Below are positions 46,018 through 56,519 of a stretch of DNA of 64,000 nt, one piece after another. Each line of letters begins with the position of its first letter. The first letter of the stretch is position 1. Location: NCBI GenBank assembly GCA_965279515.1, contig CBDIID010000003.1, positions 1,376,001 through 1,440,000 of the forward strand, written 5' to 3'. Position numbers and translations under genes: made by a program. The notes under the pieces are model-generated. The model did not search any database and was not told the origin of the DNA. It was given only the letters and a program-made list of their open reading frames with translations. This stretch comes from Turneriella sp. GTDB lineage: Bacteria; Spirochaetota; Leptospiria; Turneriellales; Turneriellaceae.

Positions 46018-46550
46018 ATGACCATGGGCAGACGGTGTGTCTTGCCGCTGACGGAGAACATATCGCCCGACTGTTTGTAACGCTTGAGCAGGAAGTTAGT
46101 GCTCGTGTGATTCACACCTTCGATCGTAGCAAGTTTGTCGGCGACAAAGAACGCCACGTCGCGCAGCGACGGGCCGTCGACTTCAACCAGAAGGTCAAAG
46201 GAACCTGAAACCAAAAGGCAGGTGCGCACTTCGGGAAACGCTGCGACCTTGCGCGCGACCTCGTCATAACCCTGGCCCTGTGCGGGGGTGACTTTGACCT
46301 GGATGAGCGCATTGACCCCTGAACTTTCGATTTTTTCCCAATTGATGATGGCGCGGTATTTCAGAATAATGCCGGCGGCTTCGAGGTCGCTGCGGATACC
46401 CGAAACCGTCTTTTCGTCGAGTTTGAGCAGGGTCACCAGTTCGGCATTTGTTAACAGGCCATTATCGCCGAGGGCGTTTAAGACCTTGAGTTCCTCGGTT
46501 CCCAGCGTTTTGAGCATGCGTGAGCGCGAAGGTTCGAAACGGGAGGTCAA
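46014..46550 (-). CDS. Lrp/AsnC-family regulator
   Basis: LEAAGII..Y.A.INWEK, VSGSFDL, T.TNFLLKRYK; start uncertain (46550 or 46518). Confidence 0.88.
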   Translation of the reverse strand: MTSRFEPSRSRMLKTLGTEELKVLNALGDNGLLTNAELVTLLKLDEKTVSGIRSDLEAAGIILKYRAIINWEKIESSGVNALIQVKVTPAQGQGYDEVARKVAAFPEVRTCLLVSGSFDLLVEVDGPSLRDVAFFVADKLATIEGVNHTSTNFLLKRYKQSGDMFSVSGKTHRLPMVI

Positions 46551-46566
46551 TGATTAAACAAAACCG

Positions 46567-48552
46567 CTACGCGCGTTCCGGAATGCGCAGGCGGTATTTC
46601 TCCATCTTGGCCTTCAGGGTATTGATGGTTATCTGAAGTTCTATAGCAGTCTGCCGCTGGTTAAAACGTTTGCGCTGCAGGCAATCACCGATCACCTGGC
46701 GCTCGGCCTCTTCGAGCGGACTCAAAGTCAGATTCTCGGGTGAAGCCAACTGCCGTAGCGGCGCCTTGAAGTGCTCCGCAGCCAGTTCGGTCGTGCCTGC
46801 TTCAGAGAGTAAGATCGTCTCAAGCCGGTGCATGAGCTCGGTCGTGTTCCCCGGCCAACCATACCCCGCGGCGGTATCGAGGAAATTCTTACGGATCACC
46901 CGCCAGGGCGTACCTGTTCTTTCCACGATCGCCGAGGCGAAATAAAAAATCTGCAGGCGCAGGTCGTCTTTGCGGTTGCGCAGTGGCGCGAGGCTCATGA
47001 CCGGCAGCGCCTGCATCACTTCGCCGACAGCGGCATCCGGTAAACGCCGCCATAATTCATCGCATGACCGCACCGTAGCATAGATACGGAATTTTTCAGT
47101 AACGGAATTCAGCGGCGTGACTAAAGAAGAAAGTTCTTCATTGGTTAGAAGGTGAAGATTGCGCAGAATGACGCCGCCTGCCCCCGCTGCTTTCAACGCC
47201 TCCAGCCGGGCTGCGAGATTTACAGAATGCCTGTCGCAATCCAAAATCTCAACACCGGATTTTTTACGGAAAAAATGCAATGCCTGCGCCAGCAGGGTTT
47301 TGCCCGTGCCATCTTCACCTTCGAAAAACACTGTGCCAGTGCCAGGAGCGAGGCGTTTTATTTTTTCGAGGGTAGCAAACAATTCGGGTGATGCAACCAA
47401 AAGTTCGACACCGAAAACTTCGCGGCTCTGGCGCAGGCTATCGGCGCATTCTTCTTTATAATGATCCATAGGATAGCTTGCAGAATCCAGGACCTGGCTG
47501 CGTGTCAGCTCACGCACCGTGTTCGTCAGCCACTTCTCTTTGATAATGGTTTCGGCCTTCAGCAGGTTGAAACTCAGGCGTTTATTATCCGATTCAAGTT
47601 TTACCAGGTTGTCGAGCAGGCCGCGGTTCCATTTGGGCATGACGCGCTCGTTGAAGAGGGTCACGTTATTGTAGCCGCCCGGCTCGGTATTGCTTTGCAC
47701 GTGCATGTCGACCGCAGCGCCGGCCTCGTTCACAAAGGGATAAACTTCGCGGAACTGCGTCAGGTTATCGATTACGACAGAATTCAGCATGTTTGTCAGG
47801 CGTGACAGCGATATGATATTTTCATGCATCTGCCAGGCCTTGCTGTTCTGGATCGCGTGGAAAAGGCGCCGGATGAACAACAGCTCGCCCCGCAGCAGCA
47901 TACGGAATATGCCGTAATGAAAGAAGAGTACGCCGAGAACACCGAACACCGGAAAGGAATAATTCGGAATCAGGATCGGAAAAACCCCGTTGTTGATGAT
48001 CGGGAAGGCAAAGCCGAGCAGACCAAAACCCGCGATCGAGGAAATCTGGAACCGGAGCAGCGTGCTCTCCGATCTACGGTAGATCAGCGCAAGCCTCAAA
48101 AAAGACCCCAGTACGGTCGCCGACATGGATATCACGTAATATTTGTGTAACGGCCCGTGCACGGGAGCAAAACCATGAGGCAAGGCGACGACGCCCTGCT
48201 CGACAAAGCCCAATAATACTGCCCCCAGAACAAATAGCGCATTGGCGGCGATTATATAGCGCACTTTCGAGCGCCGCGCCTCACCAAAACCGTCGCAGAA
48301 CAGAAACAACAACCCGACAGCGATGGCGCCACCGCTGAAAGTCAGCCTCGAACACAGCGCAATGGCATCCTGCGAGAGAAAATCCGCCTTCACGAGAACC
48401 AGCGGGCTAGCCCACAGGCTGAGCGCAGCCGCAAGGCCAGGAAACAACCAACGTGCATTGGTGCCCCTGAGCCTCGCCACAGAGACAAAGCCCATGACGA
48501 GAAGCGGCAAATTAAAGAGCAATAAAATCGTGGTGCTACTATAAACGTTCAA
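46567..48552 (-). CDS. Membrane (about 7 TM) sensor fused to degenerate sigma54-activator-type AAA+ and Fis HTH
   Basis: Hydrophobic N-terminal ~220 aa; GEDGTGKT, PLRNRKDD, WPGN; no GAFTGA; Fis-type HTH at C-terminus. Confidence 0.8.
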   Translation of the reverse strand: MNVYSSTTILLLFNLPLLVMGFVSVARLRGTNARWLFPGLAAALSLWASPLVLVKADFLSQDAIALCSRLTFSGGAIAVGLLFLFCDGFGEARRSKVRYIIAANALFVLGAVLLGFVEQGVVALPHGFAPVHGPLHKYYVISMSATVLGSFLRLALIYRRSESTLLRFQISSIAGFGLLGFAFPIINNGVFPILIPNYSFPVFGVLGVLFFHYGIFRMLLRGELLFIRRLFHAIQNSKAWQMHENIISLSRLTNMLNSVVIDNLTQFREVYPFVNEAGAAVDMHVQSNTEPGGYNNVTLFNERVMPKWNRGLLDNLVKLESDNKRLSFNLLKAETIIKEKWLTNTVRELTRSQVLDSASYPMDHYKEECADSLRQSREVFGVELLVASPELFATLEKIKRLAPGTGTVFFEGEDGTGKTLLAQALHFFRKKSGVEILDCDRHSVNLAARLEALKAAGAGGVILRNLHLLTNEELSSLVTPLNSVTEKFRIYATVRSCDELWRRLPDAAVGEVMQALPVMSLAPLRNRKDDLRLQIFYFASAIVERTGTPWRVIRKNFLDTAAGYGWPGNTTELMHRLETILLSEAGTTELAAEHFKAPLRQLASPENLTLSPLEEAERQVIGDCLQRKRFNQRQTAIELQITINTLKAKMEKYRLRIPERA

Positions 48553-49786
48553 CTTTCACACCCTTCAGCACCAAAGCGGAATTCAGCCCGCCCAAGCCAT
48601 GCCCGTTCACGAGAATCGTTTTAAGTTTCGGTGCCTTTCTTTTCGCGGCAACGACATTCAGATTAAATTCCGGATCGGGAATTTTGTAGTTATAATTCGG
48701 CGGGATCTCCTTAGACCAAAGTGCGAGCGCCGAGGCCGCAACCTGGAATGCGCCTGCCGCGGAAAACGGCGAGCCTGTCGCTCCCTTGATTGAAGAGATA
48801 TGGGTAGCCTGCGCGTCACGCTCGCCGAAGACATTGGTGATCGCATCGGCTTCCAGTTTATCGATGATACGATCGCTCGGCGCATGCGCGCTGACATAGT
48901 CGATTTTACCGCGCACTTTCTCTAAAGCCTTGCGCATCACACGCCCCCAGCTTTTCGTTGTGCGGTCGATCATATAGAGCTCGTTCACGTTCTCACTGCC
49001 CTGGGCAAAAGAGACAATTTCAGCATAGATGCGGGCATTGCGCGCTTTCGCATATTCATACTCTTCCAGCACGAACACTCCGGCGCCTTCGCCCAAAACC
49101 GATTTTGTCCGGCGCTGGTCGAAGGGACAGAGTGCATCCGAAACATCCCCGGAGGCTGGGGTCATTTTTGAGCCCGCCAGCGCCCCCATGACGATGCGGC
49201 TGATCGGCGTATCGACGCCACCTGTGATGACGATCTTGGCCTTACCGGCCTGAATGCGCTCTGCCGCAACACCGATCGCGTTGATGCCGCTGACACAAGA
49301 AGAAGACACCGTAGATACATAGCCCTCGGCGCGGGCAAGAAAGGCCACTGCCGACGCCGGAGAATATGTGACTGACTGTAACAGGTCTTTCATATTTATC
49401 ATGCCGGGCTCAAACTGAAGCAGGCTCTTGCTGCTTTTGGCCAATGCGGTCTCGAGTGCATCATAGGCACCAACCGCACAACCCATCACTACATCGGTTT
49501 GCAGGGGATCGGGGTTTCGTAGCCCAGCGTCTTCGAGAGCCATCCTGGCGGCAGCAAAGGCGAACTTGCTGGCCTTGCCGAAATATTTACGCTGGTGGTC
49601 GTTCAGATGCTCTTCTTCATTAAAATCCCGCACCTCGGCGGCCGTGTCTGAAGGAAAGGAGGATGCATCGAAGCCCTTAATGTGATCGACGCCGCTTTTT
49701 CCGGCCAGGAGGTTGGCCCAAAACTCGTCTTTAGTATTCCCTATCGGAGAGACAATGCCGACACCTGTGATTACGCAGCGCTTCAT
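48539..49786 (-). CDS. FabF-like beta-ketoacyl synthase with altered active site
   Basis: VITGVGIVSPIG, SSCVSG, PFD..R..VLGEGAG, SAHA, SSIKGATGS; ATG 49786. Confidence 0.85.
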   Translation of the reverse strand: MKRCVITGVGIVSPIGNTKDEFWANLLAGKSGVDHIKGFDASSFPSDTAAEVRDFNEEEHLNDHQRKYFGKASKFAFAAARMALEDAGLRNPDPLQTDVVMGCAVGAYDALETALAKSSKSLLQFEPGMINMKDLLQSVTYSPASAVAFLARAEGYVSTVSSSCVSGINAIGVAAERIQAGKAKIVITGGVDTPISRIVMGALAGSKMTPASGDVSDALCPFDQRRTKSVLGEGAGVFVLEEYEYAKARNARIYAEIVSFAQGSENVNELYMIDRTTKSWGRVMRKALEKVRGKIDYVSAHAPSDRIIDKLEADAITNVFGERDAQATHISSIKGATGSPFSAAGAFQVAASALALWSKEIPPNYNYKIPDPEFNLNVVAAKRKAPKLKTILVNGHGLGGLNSALVLKGVKVERL

Positions 49787-49889
49787 AAGACCAACGACGT
49801 ATTTATGAGACGGGATTCCAAGCCTTTTCACAACCCCGGATGTACAATTTCGTTGACCCCCTGTCTCAAAAATAGTTTCAGACGATAAC

Positions 49890-50174
49890 ATGCGAGAAAA
49901 AGTCTACTGCGCCAACTGTGAACATTGCCACGTTGTACGCGTCTTCGAAGCTGATGCTTCCAAATACGTCCTGCGCGTCAAGTGCTCTAAGAAGCGCTGG
50001 GCAAAGCGTTCGGGCGAAGAAAAACAATACAAATACTTCACCGTTGCACGCCGTGTGGTCTCTGACTGCCCCGACTATTCACCGATGGGCGATCCGAACC
50101 CGTTTATCAAGAACCTGCGCCGCGAACTGCCGGTGAAAGACGAAATTTACACGCTGAAAGAATCCGAAGCTTAG
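49890..50174 (+). CDS. Small Cys-rich basic protein
   Basis: CANCEHC...C...CPDY, 94 aa, stop overlaps next start. Confidence 0.75.
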   Translation: MREKVYCANCEHCHVVRVFEADASKYVLRVKCSKKRWAKRSGEEKQYKYFTVARRVVSDCPDYSPMGDPNPFIKNLRRELPVKDEIYTLKESEA

Positions 50175-50635
50175 TGTCCCGTCCGTTTAAAATCCTCGGT
50201 GTGCAGCAGATTGCTGTTGGCGCCGCGGATAAAACACGTCTGAAAAAACTCTGGGTTGATACCCTGGGCCTCACCCCCAAGGGAGAATTCAAGAGCGAAA
50301 AAGAAAACGTCGACGAAGACATTCTTGAGATCGGCCACGGCGTGCATGCCGTCGAAGTCGATATCATGCAGCCCATCGACCCGGCAAAAAAACCCAAGGT
50401 GGATGAACCGCAGCTAAACCATATCGGCCTCTGGGTCGATAATCTCGCCGTTGCCGTTGACCACCTCACAAAACAGGGCATGCGTTTTACTCCCGGCGGC
50501 ATCCGCAAAGGCGCCGCAGGCTACGACGTCTGTTTTATCCATCCGAAGGCGAACGACGAATTCCCACTCTCTGGCGAAGGCGTTCTCATCGAACTCATCC
50601 AGGCGCCCGACGAAGTCAAAGCCGCACTCGCCTAG
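50174..50635 (+). CDS. VOC-family protein (methylmalonyl-CoA epimerase-like)
   Basis: [42 protein letters not shown]. Confidence 0.85.
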   Translation: MSRPFKILGVQQIAVGAADKTRLKKLWVDTLGLTPKGEFKSEKENVDEDILEIGHGVHAVEVDIMQPIDPAKKPKVDEPQLNHIGLWVDNLAVAVDHLTKQGMRFTPGGIRKGAAGYDVCFIHPKANDEFPLSGEGVLIELIQAPDEVKAALA

Positions 50636-50642
50636 GCCGGCC

Positions 50643-51173
50643 ATGGCCTCTCTCATCACCCACCCCTTCGTGCCGTTCTCTATCGGCGTGGCGCTCGGCC
50701 GCAGCACCATACCCCTGCGCCTGCTTTTCCTCGGCATGATGTTCAGCATGCTGCCCGACGCCGACGTCGTCGCATTCCGGTTCGGCATTCCCTACGAACA
50801 CATGCTGGGCCACAGGGGGATATCCCACTCACTGTTATGCGCGGCAGTGCTCGCGGCCCTGGCGGCACTTATTCCGTCATTCAGAGAAATGCGCGGCCGC
50901 GTCTTTTGGTTCCTGTTTTTTGCCATGGCCTCGCACGGTGTTCTGGATGCAATGACCACGGGCGGCCGCGGCGTCGGCTTTTTTATTCCCTTCACCGGCG
51001 AACGATATTTTTTTCCGCTGCATCCGGTACGCGTCAGTCCCTTGAGCGTAAAGGGTTTCTTCACCGAGCGCGGAATCGCCATACTCTATTCTGAATTTAC
51101 CTGGGTATGGTTGCCCTGCGCCGTGGCGGCACTTGCCATCTTTACTTTCCGGAAACTTCGAGCCCGCGCTTAA
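50643..51173 (+). CDS. YdjM/YbcI-like membrane metal-dependent hydrolase
   Basis: ITH, LPDAD, HRGISHS, SHGVLD..T.GG.GV. Confidence 0.88.
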   Translation: MASLITHPFVPFSIGVALGRSTIPLRLLFLGMMFSMLPDADVVAFRFGIPYEHMLGHRGISHSLLCAAVLAALAALIPSFREMRGRVFWFLFFAMASHGVLDAMTTGGRGVGFFIPFTGERYFFPLHPVRVSPLSVKGFFTERGIAILYSEFTWVWLPCAVAALAIFTFRKLRARA

Positions 51174-52599
51174 ACGTACGCAAAGAGACGAAGGTTTTTT
51201 TGCCCGGCTTGATCTCGATATCCGGTTTTTCATTGCCATAGACGACAATACCACCTGCCTCAGCGTCTTGCACGCCCAGGCGGTAAGTTCCCGCGGGCAG
51301 CGGCACACGTATCACAGCATAACCGGCCGGCAACATATGCCAGCTCCTGAGATCGGGTTTGACCGTGGCGGCAACACCTGCACCGGCTCCGAGCCCCACG
51401 GCAAGACCACCCAAGGCCCCCAGGACACCATTTTCCTTTTTCTGAAAGGTACTGGCGATCGCCTGTGAGGCGACGGCGGCCACAACGATCTTTGTGGCAA
51501 TGGAAGCCACGTTCTTATTGATATAGGATGAATAATTGTCGTTAAAGTTCTTTTGTGAAATGATATCAAAATCCGTCAGGCGCTGCGCCTGCGGCAACGT
51601 GACATCTTCGAGCATCAGCGCCGGCGCGGGAGAATTTTCCCGCGGCTGGAATTTTGGTATCGGGTTATCGGCGGTGCCCATCATCGCGATCACGCCCGCC
51701 GTACTCAGCCCCTTGCCCCGCGAAAGGATGGCGACATCGATCGCGACGCGCAGGGCCACTGCAAACTCGCGGTCATTCATGAGATTGCCGCGGCTGGCTT
51801 TGACTGCCGCCTTGCCGGTTTCGACCAGTACAATGAGTTCGCCGGGATGCTTTTTATCGAGCGGTGTGCGTATGTTCGGGAAATCCAGAACCGGGGGCTT
51901 CGCCGCAGCATATTTGGCCATGTCACCGGCATCACGCGAACGCGCAGCCAGAAGATAACGCTCACGCGCCAGCCATTCAGGGTTCGCCCCGAAATTTTCG
52001 AGATTCTTGTACTGGACCCGCGCATCGTTGAACTGATTCAATTCTTCTGAGATCAATGCATCGAGGTAACGCGCGACGAGAATCTGCTTATAGTCGGCAT
52101 CCTCATATTTCATTTCCTTGAGATCGACTTCAAGCTTGCGCAGCATACGTTTGGCGTTCTCGAGTTCGCCCATGAGAGTGTAGTTGAGCGCCAGGTAATA
52201 TTTGATGAGGGCGCGTTCAAAATTTTCGCCCTGAAACTCGCCTTCGCGGTCGCTGAGCAGAAATGTGCCGACCGAACCTGTAATCGAAGTCTTGATCTGC
52301 TCTGCCATCTCGTCGGCGCGCGTAAAGATTTCCGTACTGGTTTTCAGGTCACCTTTGTTATGATAGACCAAACCCGCTTCCATGTAGAACAAGAGCCGGT
52401 CACGCGCCGAAGAATCCTGCGCGAGCGGGGTAATTTGGGAAACGGCGGTGTCGATGTCGCCGTTATAAAAAGCCTCTTCGGTGGCCTGAACTTTTTTTAC
52501 GTAAGAGCCGGCGCAAGAAAGGGCAAAGATGAAAACCAGTCCCCACCCCCAGCCCCTCCCCGTAAACGGGGAGGGGAGTAACAAGCTCCTCCCCCGCAT
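51142..52599 (-). CDS. COG3014-family TPR-like lipoprotein
   Basis: Lipobox ALSC; DRLLFYMEAG, GENFE, PDLRSW..LP; follows lpoB-like gene. Confidence 0.75.
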   Translation of the reverse strand: MRGRSLLLPSPFTGRGWGWGLVFIFALSCAGSYVKKVQATEEAFYNGDIDTAVSQITPLAQDSSARDRLLFYMEAGLVYHNKGDLKTSTEIFTRADEMAEQIKTSITGSVGTFLLSDREGEFQGENFERALIKYYLALNYTLMGELENAKRMLRKLEVDLKEMKYEDADYKQILVARYLDALISEELNQFNDARVQYKNLENFGANPEWLARERYLLAARSRDAGDMAKYAAAKPPVLDFPNIRTPLDKKHPGELIVLVETGKAAVKASRGNLMNDREFAVALRVAIDVAILSRGKGLSTAGVIAMMGTADNPIPKFQPRENSPAPALMLEDVTLPQAQRLTDFDIISQKNFNDNYSSYINKNVASIATKIVVAAVASQAIASTFQKKENGVLGALGGLAVGLGAGAGVAATVKPDLRSWHMLPAGYAVIRVPLPAGTYRLGVQDAEAGGIVVYGNEKPDIEIKPGKKTFVSLRTFKRGLEVSGK

Positions 52600-52620
52600 G
52601 CGGGGGAGGCTGGGAGGGGG
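52541..52620. repeat. Two inverted REP-like hairpin units
   Basis: CCCCTCCCCG-TAAA-CGGGGAGGGG (52553-76) and perfect 22-bp palindrome CCTCCCCCGCATGCGGGGGAGG (52588-609); same family as 8643-8677. Confidence 0.8.
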
Positions 52621-52622
52621 AT

Positions 52623-53207
52623 TTACCAGCTTGTACCGCCTTTCTGGTTACGTGGCTTCTTGCGGTAGATCACACGGTCGCTGAATACCACAAGCTGCGT
52701 CTCGACCGAGCGTAGTTCGAAGTTCAGAATCTGTTCGACAATGCGGTCGCCACCGCTCTTAAAAACATTCTCGGTGATATCCGTCTGAATAAAGAAGTTA
52801 GGGCTTTTCATATTACCTGCATTGATACCGGCTTCGGTGGCGCCCGTCTGGCTGAAGGCAATTTCAGAGAGCGCCTTATTGCGGTCTTCGACGCGCACCG
52901 TATAAATCTTCGCGCCCAAAAGGTCGCCGACGATGCGGTTGTCGAACACGTTCACCGGTAGCTGGTCTGAAGTATCATTCTTTGTCGGCAAAAAGGCGAC
53001 AAAAATGCCTTTCGCCGGTTTATTCGCGGCAAAGTGCGCCGCCACCTTCTGCGCGAGATTCTGCGCGGCTTTTTCAAGCTCGCCGCGGGTCAGCTCGCCC
53101 GAATCGGCAGTCATGTCTTCATTGGCGTCGAGCCGTTTCGTCGTTGAAGCACAGCCGATCGCTAAAACGCCGGCGAAAAGGGGGATTAATATGCGGTATG
53201 GAACCAT
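52623..53207 (-). CDS. LpoB-like penicillin-binding protein activator lipoprotein
   Basis: Lipobox AIGC; KNDTSDQL, EIAFSQTG, ELRSVETQ..VFSD. Confidence 0.7.
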   Translation of the reverse strand: MVPYRILIPLFAGVLAIGCASTTKRLDANEDMTADSGELTRGELEKAAQNLAQKVAAHFAANKPAKGIFVAFLPTKNDTSDQLPVNVFDNRIVGDLLGAKIYTVRVEDRNKALSEIAFSQTGATEAGINAGNMKSPNFFIQTDITENVFKSGGDRIVEQILNFELRSVETQLVVFSDRVIYRKKPRNQKGGTSW

Positions 53208-53358
53208 ACACCCAAACAGCGTTGGCTTTATCCCCGGCAAGAATTAATCCAAACCGTAAGCTTAAAAACGTTAAGCGGTGCCAAAAAAATCATGGGCTGT
53301 ATATCCTGTAAGTTAGATAATCATTGCCAAACGGACTTCCCATGCAAAAATAGTAAAC

Positions 53359-54009
53359 ATGGAGTTCATTATCTCCGCTATCGATGTTGTCCTGCATCTG
53401 GAGCGCTATCTCGACGTCTGGGCAGCCAGCTATGGTGTATGGATGTACGCCATTCTTTTCATTATTATTTTTGCCGAGACCGGCCTCGTCATTACCCCCT
53501 TTCTGCCGGGTGATTCGCTGCTCTTTGCCGTTGGCGCCATAGCCGCGCGCGGCGTGCTCTCCTTACCTGTCATCCTGATTGGCCTCTCCGTTGCGGCCAT
53601 CATCGGCGATGCCCTGAATTATTCGGTCGGCCGCTTTTTGGGCGATTTTGTCACAAGGCATTTTTCGCGCATCGTCAAACCGCAGTACATCGAAAAAACC
53701 CACGAATTCTATGAAAAATATGGCACGAAGACGATTGTGCTGGCACGTTTTGTACCCATCGTGCGTACCATAGCACCCTTTGTTGCGGGTGTGGCGAAAA
53801 TGCGTTACCGCGATTTCGGCCTCTATAATATCATCGGTGGTATTTTCTGGATTCTCTCTATGACAATGGCGGGTTATGCCTTCGGTAACCTCGAGTTCAT
53901 CCGTAAGAATTTCAGCCTCGTTGTTGTGGGGATTGTTTTCCTTTCTGTATTACCCATGGTATTCGAGTATATCCGCCACCGCCGCGGAGCCAAGGCGCCT
54001 AAAGCATGA
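53359..54009 (+). CDS. dedA: DedA family membrane protein
   Basis: FAETGL..PFLPGDSLLF, IVLARFVPIVRT.APFVAG. Confidence 0.95.
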   Translation: MEFIISAIDVVLHLERYLDVWAASYGVWMYAILFIIIFAETGLVITPFLPGDSLLFAVGAIAARGVLSLPVILIGLSVAAIIGDALNYSVGRFLGDFVTRHFSRIVKPQYIEKTHEFYEKYGTKTIVLARFVPIVRTIAPFVAGVAKMRYRDFGLYNIIGGIFWILSMTMAGYAFGNLEFIRKNFSLVVVGIVFLSVLPMVFEYIRHRRGAKAPKA

Positions 54010-54653
54010 AAAAATCGCAGCAACGCCTGAAGACTCACCGTGCCCTGATGGTTGCGGCGATCAAACTCATGAGCGACGACCGCTCGTTTTCGAGCATCAG
54101 CCTCAGGGAAGTCACGCGCGAAGCCGGCGTCGTGCCTGCGACGTTCTACCGCCACTTTAACGAAATGGAAGACCTGGCCGTCGAGCTTGTCGACTACTGT
54201 TTTCGGCCGATGGAAAACCTCGTTGCCGGGGTGCGGGCCCGCCGCCTCACCGCCCGGCAGCTCGTCTATGAATCGATCGGCACGTTCATCCGCTTTGCGC
54301 GCCGTCACCGCCGCTATTTTCTTTTTCTAACGAAAGAACGCCTTGGCGGTAAATCACGCGTGCGCCACCGCATACGCGAAGGCATCAATGATATGGCGCT
54401 GATTCTCGGCCACGACCTCATTGGCCTGCCCGAATGGCAGGGCGTGCCGATCACCGTGGGGCAAGAAGTCGCACGCATGATCATGGATCAGATGATGCTG
54501 CAACTCGACCTGGTACTCGATTTACCGGCGGGCGAAAGCAAAGAAGAGATAAAACTCATAGCACAGGCGCGTAAGCGTGTGTGGATTTTACTGCGTGGGG
54601 GACTAGCCTACCAGGAACGCCGTGGTAACCGCAGGCTGGGCGGCGGCGGTTGA
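54006..54653 (+). CDS. TetR-family regulator, FabR/DesT-like
   Basis: FSSISLREVTREAGVVPATFYRHF. Confidence 0.85.
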   Translation: MKKSQQRLKTHRALMVAAIKLMSDDRSFSSISLREVTREAGVVPATFYRHFNEMEDLAVELVDYCFRPMENLVAGVRARRLTARQLVYESIGTFIRFARRHRRYFLFLTKERLGGKSRVRHRIREGINDMALILGHDLIGLPEWQGVPITVGQEVARMIMDQMMLQLDLVLDLPAGESKEEIKLIAQARKRVWILLRGGLAYQERRGNRRLGGGG

Positions 54654-54698
54654 TTTCGATGCGGCGCGGTTTCGGGCCTATCAATCCGCAAAAATAAA

Positions 54699-55109
54699 TT
54701 ATTTTAAAGAGTCGGCGACGCGGGCACGCACACGGCGAAGAGAAATGTCATGCTGCTTCTTCGCATACTGTACCTGATTTTCGGTAGTGCGGTTTAAGGC
54801 TTCTTCCAGCGCTGCGCGCTCTTTCGCCGCATCGAGATTTTTGGGATCCGTCGCGCCTTCGACGAGCACAATCACCTGGTTACTCTTAATTTCTGCAAAA
54901 CCCGAATCGACGACATAGAGCTCTTCGCGTGAACCGGTTTGCACGCGCACAATGCCCGCTTCCAGTTCAGCCACGAGGTTAGCGTGGCCGCGCAGGACGG
55001 TGAAGTTGCCCTTTTTGCCCGGCAGGCCGACGGAAACCGCCGGCTCTTCAAGAAGCTTCTTCTCCGGGGAGTAGATGCTGACGGTGAGTTCTGCGCTGCC
55101 GGCTTCCAT
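54699..55109 (-). CDS. atpC: ATP synthase epsilon subunit
   Basis: SPE, GNFTVLRGHA, SGFAEI; operon order. Confidence 0.93.
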   Translation of the reverse strand: MEAGSAELTVSIYSPEKKLLEEPAVSVGLPGKKGNFTVLRGHANLVAELEAGIVRVQTGSREELYVVDSGFAEIKSNQVIVLVEGATDPKNLDAAKERAALEEALNRTTENQVQYAKKQHDISLRRVRARVADSLK

Positions 55110-55112
55110 GGT

Positions 55113-56513
<1,401 letters not shown>

Positions 56514-56519
56514 TTACCT

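Noticed and set aside
50451..50642. Extended N-termini from the ORF track (50451, 20759, 42532, 49891, 61555, 28107)
   Set aside because: They overlap neighbouring genes; downstream ATGs match family starts or ATGA coupling
53260..53335. TGGCA motifs upstream of the lpoB-like gene as sigma54 promoters
   Set aside because: No GC at the required GG-N10-GC spacing
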